Source: Pseudomonadota bacterium
GTDB lineage: Bacteria; Chloroflexota; Ktedonobacteria; Ktedonobacterales; JADMIN01
Length of the DNA stretch: 64,000 nt
NCBI GenBank assembly: GCA_021324535.1
Contig: JAJPIU010000192.1
Span: 82-64,081 of the forward strand
Direction of reading: 5' to 3'
The notes beneath the pieces are model-generated. The model was not told where the DNA came from and made no database searches. It was given only the letters and a program-made list of their open reading frames with translations. Positions 63,159 through 64,000 of the stretch are shown one piece after another. How positions within the stretch are numbered: the first letter of the stretch is position 1; every line of letters begins with the position of its first letter. The translations under genes and the position numbers were made by a program.

Positions 63159-64000
63159 ATGGCGGCTCTACAGACAACCGAACGCGTTACCGAACTGGGC
63201 ACGCTGCTCAGGCGCTTCAGGAGGACAGCAGGACTTACCCAGCAGGAGCTGGCCGAGCGCGCGCAGATAAGTGTTCGCGCCGTTGGCGATTTGGAGCGTG
63301 GCGTTCGGCGCATCCCCCATAAAGATACCGTCACCCTGCTGGCAGAAGCTCTCGGTCTGAACATGGAAGATTCCGTGCTCCTGCACGAGGCGGCGCGAGC
63401 CTCACGATGGCCGGAGCGAGCAGTACACCCAACTCCACCCGGCGCTCAGTCGGCTCCCCTACCCACAACGATTCATGGCCCATTGACCCCCCTGATTGGT
63501 CGGCAGCAAGAACGAGAGGAAATCGTCCGCCTGCTTGAACAACCGGATGTGCGTCTGCTCACGCTGATCGGCCCGGCAGGCATTGGCAAAACGCGCCTTG
63601 CACAGCAGATGGTAGATGATCTCCAGGGCATATGTGCCGATGGCGTTGTGTTCATCTCGCTTGTTCCTGTGAGCGATTCCGCCTTCGTTCTCTCGGCCAT
63701 CGCTCAGGCGCTGGATGTGCGCGAGGAGGCGGGAAAGCCGCGTATCGAACAGATACAGGAGCGCCTTGCCAACAAGCAGGTGTTGCTCATACTTGACAAC
63801 TTCGAGCATGTGGCCGATGCGGCGCCTGATATCGCGGCGGCGCTCAGCGATTGTCAGGGGGTCAAGGCGCTCGTCACCAGCCGCGCTCCGCTGCATGTGC
63901 GGGGTGAACGTGAGTTTGCCGTACCTCCGCTCGATACCCCAGACCTCAGCCAACTGCCTGCGCTCCCCGATTTGGCGCGTTATGCTGCGGTTGCGCTCTT
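63159..64000 (+). CDS. XRE-type HTH fused to an NB-ARC/STAND-like P-loop NTPase (5' part; runs off the right edge)
   Basis: Absent from the ORF track because no stop occurs in the window. ATG 63159 has a GGGGAGG SD. HTH LTQQELAERAQISVRAVGDLERG, Walker A GPAGIGKT, Walker B LLILDNFEH. Confidence 0.75.
   Translation, partial: MAALQTTERVTELGTLLRRFRRTAGLTQQELAERAQISVRAVGDLERGVRRIPHKDTVTLLAEALGLNMEDSVLLHEAARASRWPERAVHPTPPGAQSAPLPTTIHGPLTPLIGRQQEREEIVRLLEQPDVRLLTLIGPAGIGKTRLAQQMVDDLQGICADGVVFISLVPVSDSAFVLSAIAQALDVREEAGKPRIEQIQERLANKQVLLILDNFEHVADAAPDIAAALSDCQGVKALVTSRAPLHVRGEREFAVPPLDTPDLSQLPALPDLARYAAVAL

Noticed and set aside
1-64000. A search for rRNA, tRNA, tmRNA, RNase P RNA, CRISPR arrays, transposases, integrases and reverse transcriptases.
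   Set aside because: No cloverleaf-compatible segments or T-loop GGTTCGA-type motifs occur in the intergenic spacers. No repeat-spacer periodicity longer than 15 bp was seen. No DDE, tyrosine- or serine-recombinase, or RT motifs occur in any credible ORF.

Overview
This is a GC-rich bacterial chromosomal segment with strong G/C bias at third codon positions. Because of that bias, almost every real gene carries long spurious antisense ORFs, which I discarded. The lineage looks monoderm-like (CIRCE/HrcA heat-shock control, a GT-C glycosyltransferase, an XRE-NB-ARC regulator), possibly Chloroflexota or Actinomycetota. That is only an inference; a database search is needed.

About 55 genes can be supported.
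- **Housekeeping blocks:** cysS-rlmB; a Ppx/GppA phosphatase; a Ser/Thr kinase; murD; two TrkA-type genes; an inositol-monophosphatase-family gene; yggS; the classical hrcA-grpE-dnaK-dnaJ operon with a promoter-proximal CIRCE operator; ftsH; an SbcD/Mre11-type nuclease; a cation/proton antiporter fused to USP domains; an ABC exporter divergent from an OmpR/histidine-kinase pair; metH; and a PfpI/DJ-1 protein.
- **Accessory or orphan patches:** 19.2-26.5 kb, 52.0-54.2 kb and 58.6-64 kb.
- **Not found:** rRNA, tRNA, CRISPR array, or an intact mobile element.

The most interesting observations:
1. A translationally coupled pair (20080-23192). It joins an NdpA/YejK-like nucleoid-associated-type protein to a 641-aa orphan protein with a C-terminal three-helix membrane anchor. 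This is my best candidate for an undescribed system.
2. A roughly 0.4-kb cysS leader. It contains a 60-codon upstream ORF ending in Cys-Cys-Ala-Cys, directly next to two mutually exclusive helices.
3. A secreted protein that combines a papain/C39-like domain with a roughly 50-residue repeat propeller.
4. Decayed relics of trpS and of a Uma2 nuclease.
5. An 11-bp-phased hexamer array between the ABC and two-component operons.
6. A compositionally atypical, Cys-rich secreted-protein islet.
7. Many short tandem repeats, often with 9-bp units, in leaders and in coding tails.

All family assignments come from motif recognition by eye, not from searches.
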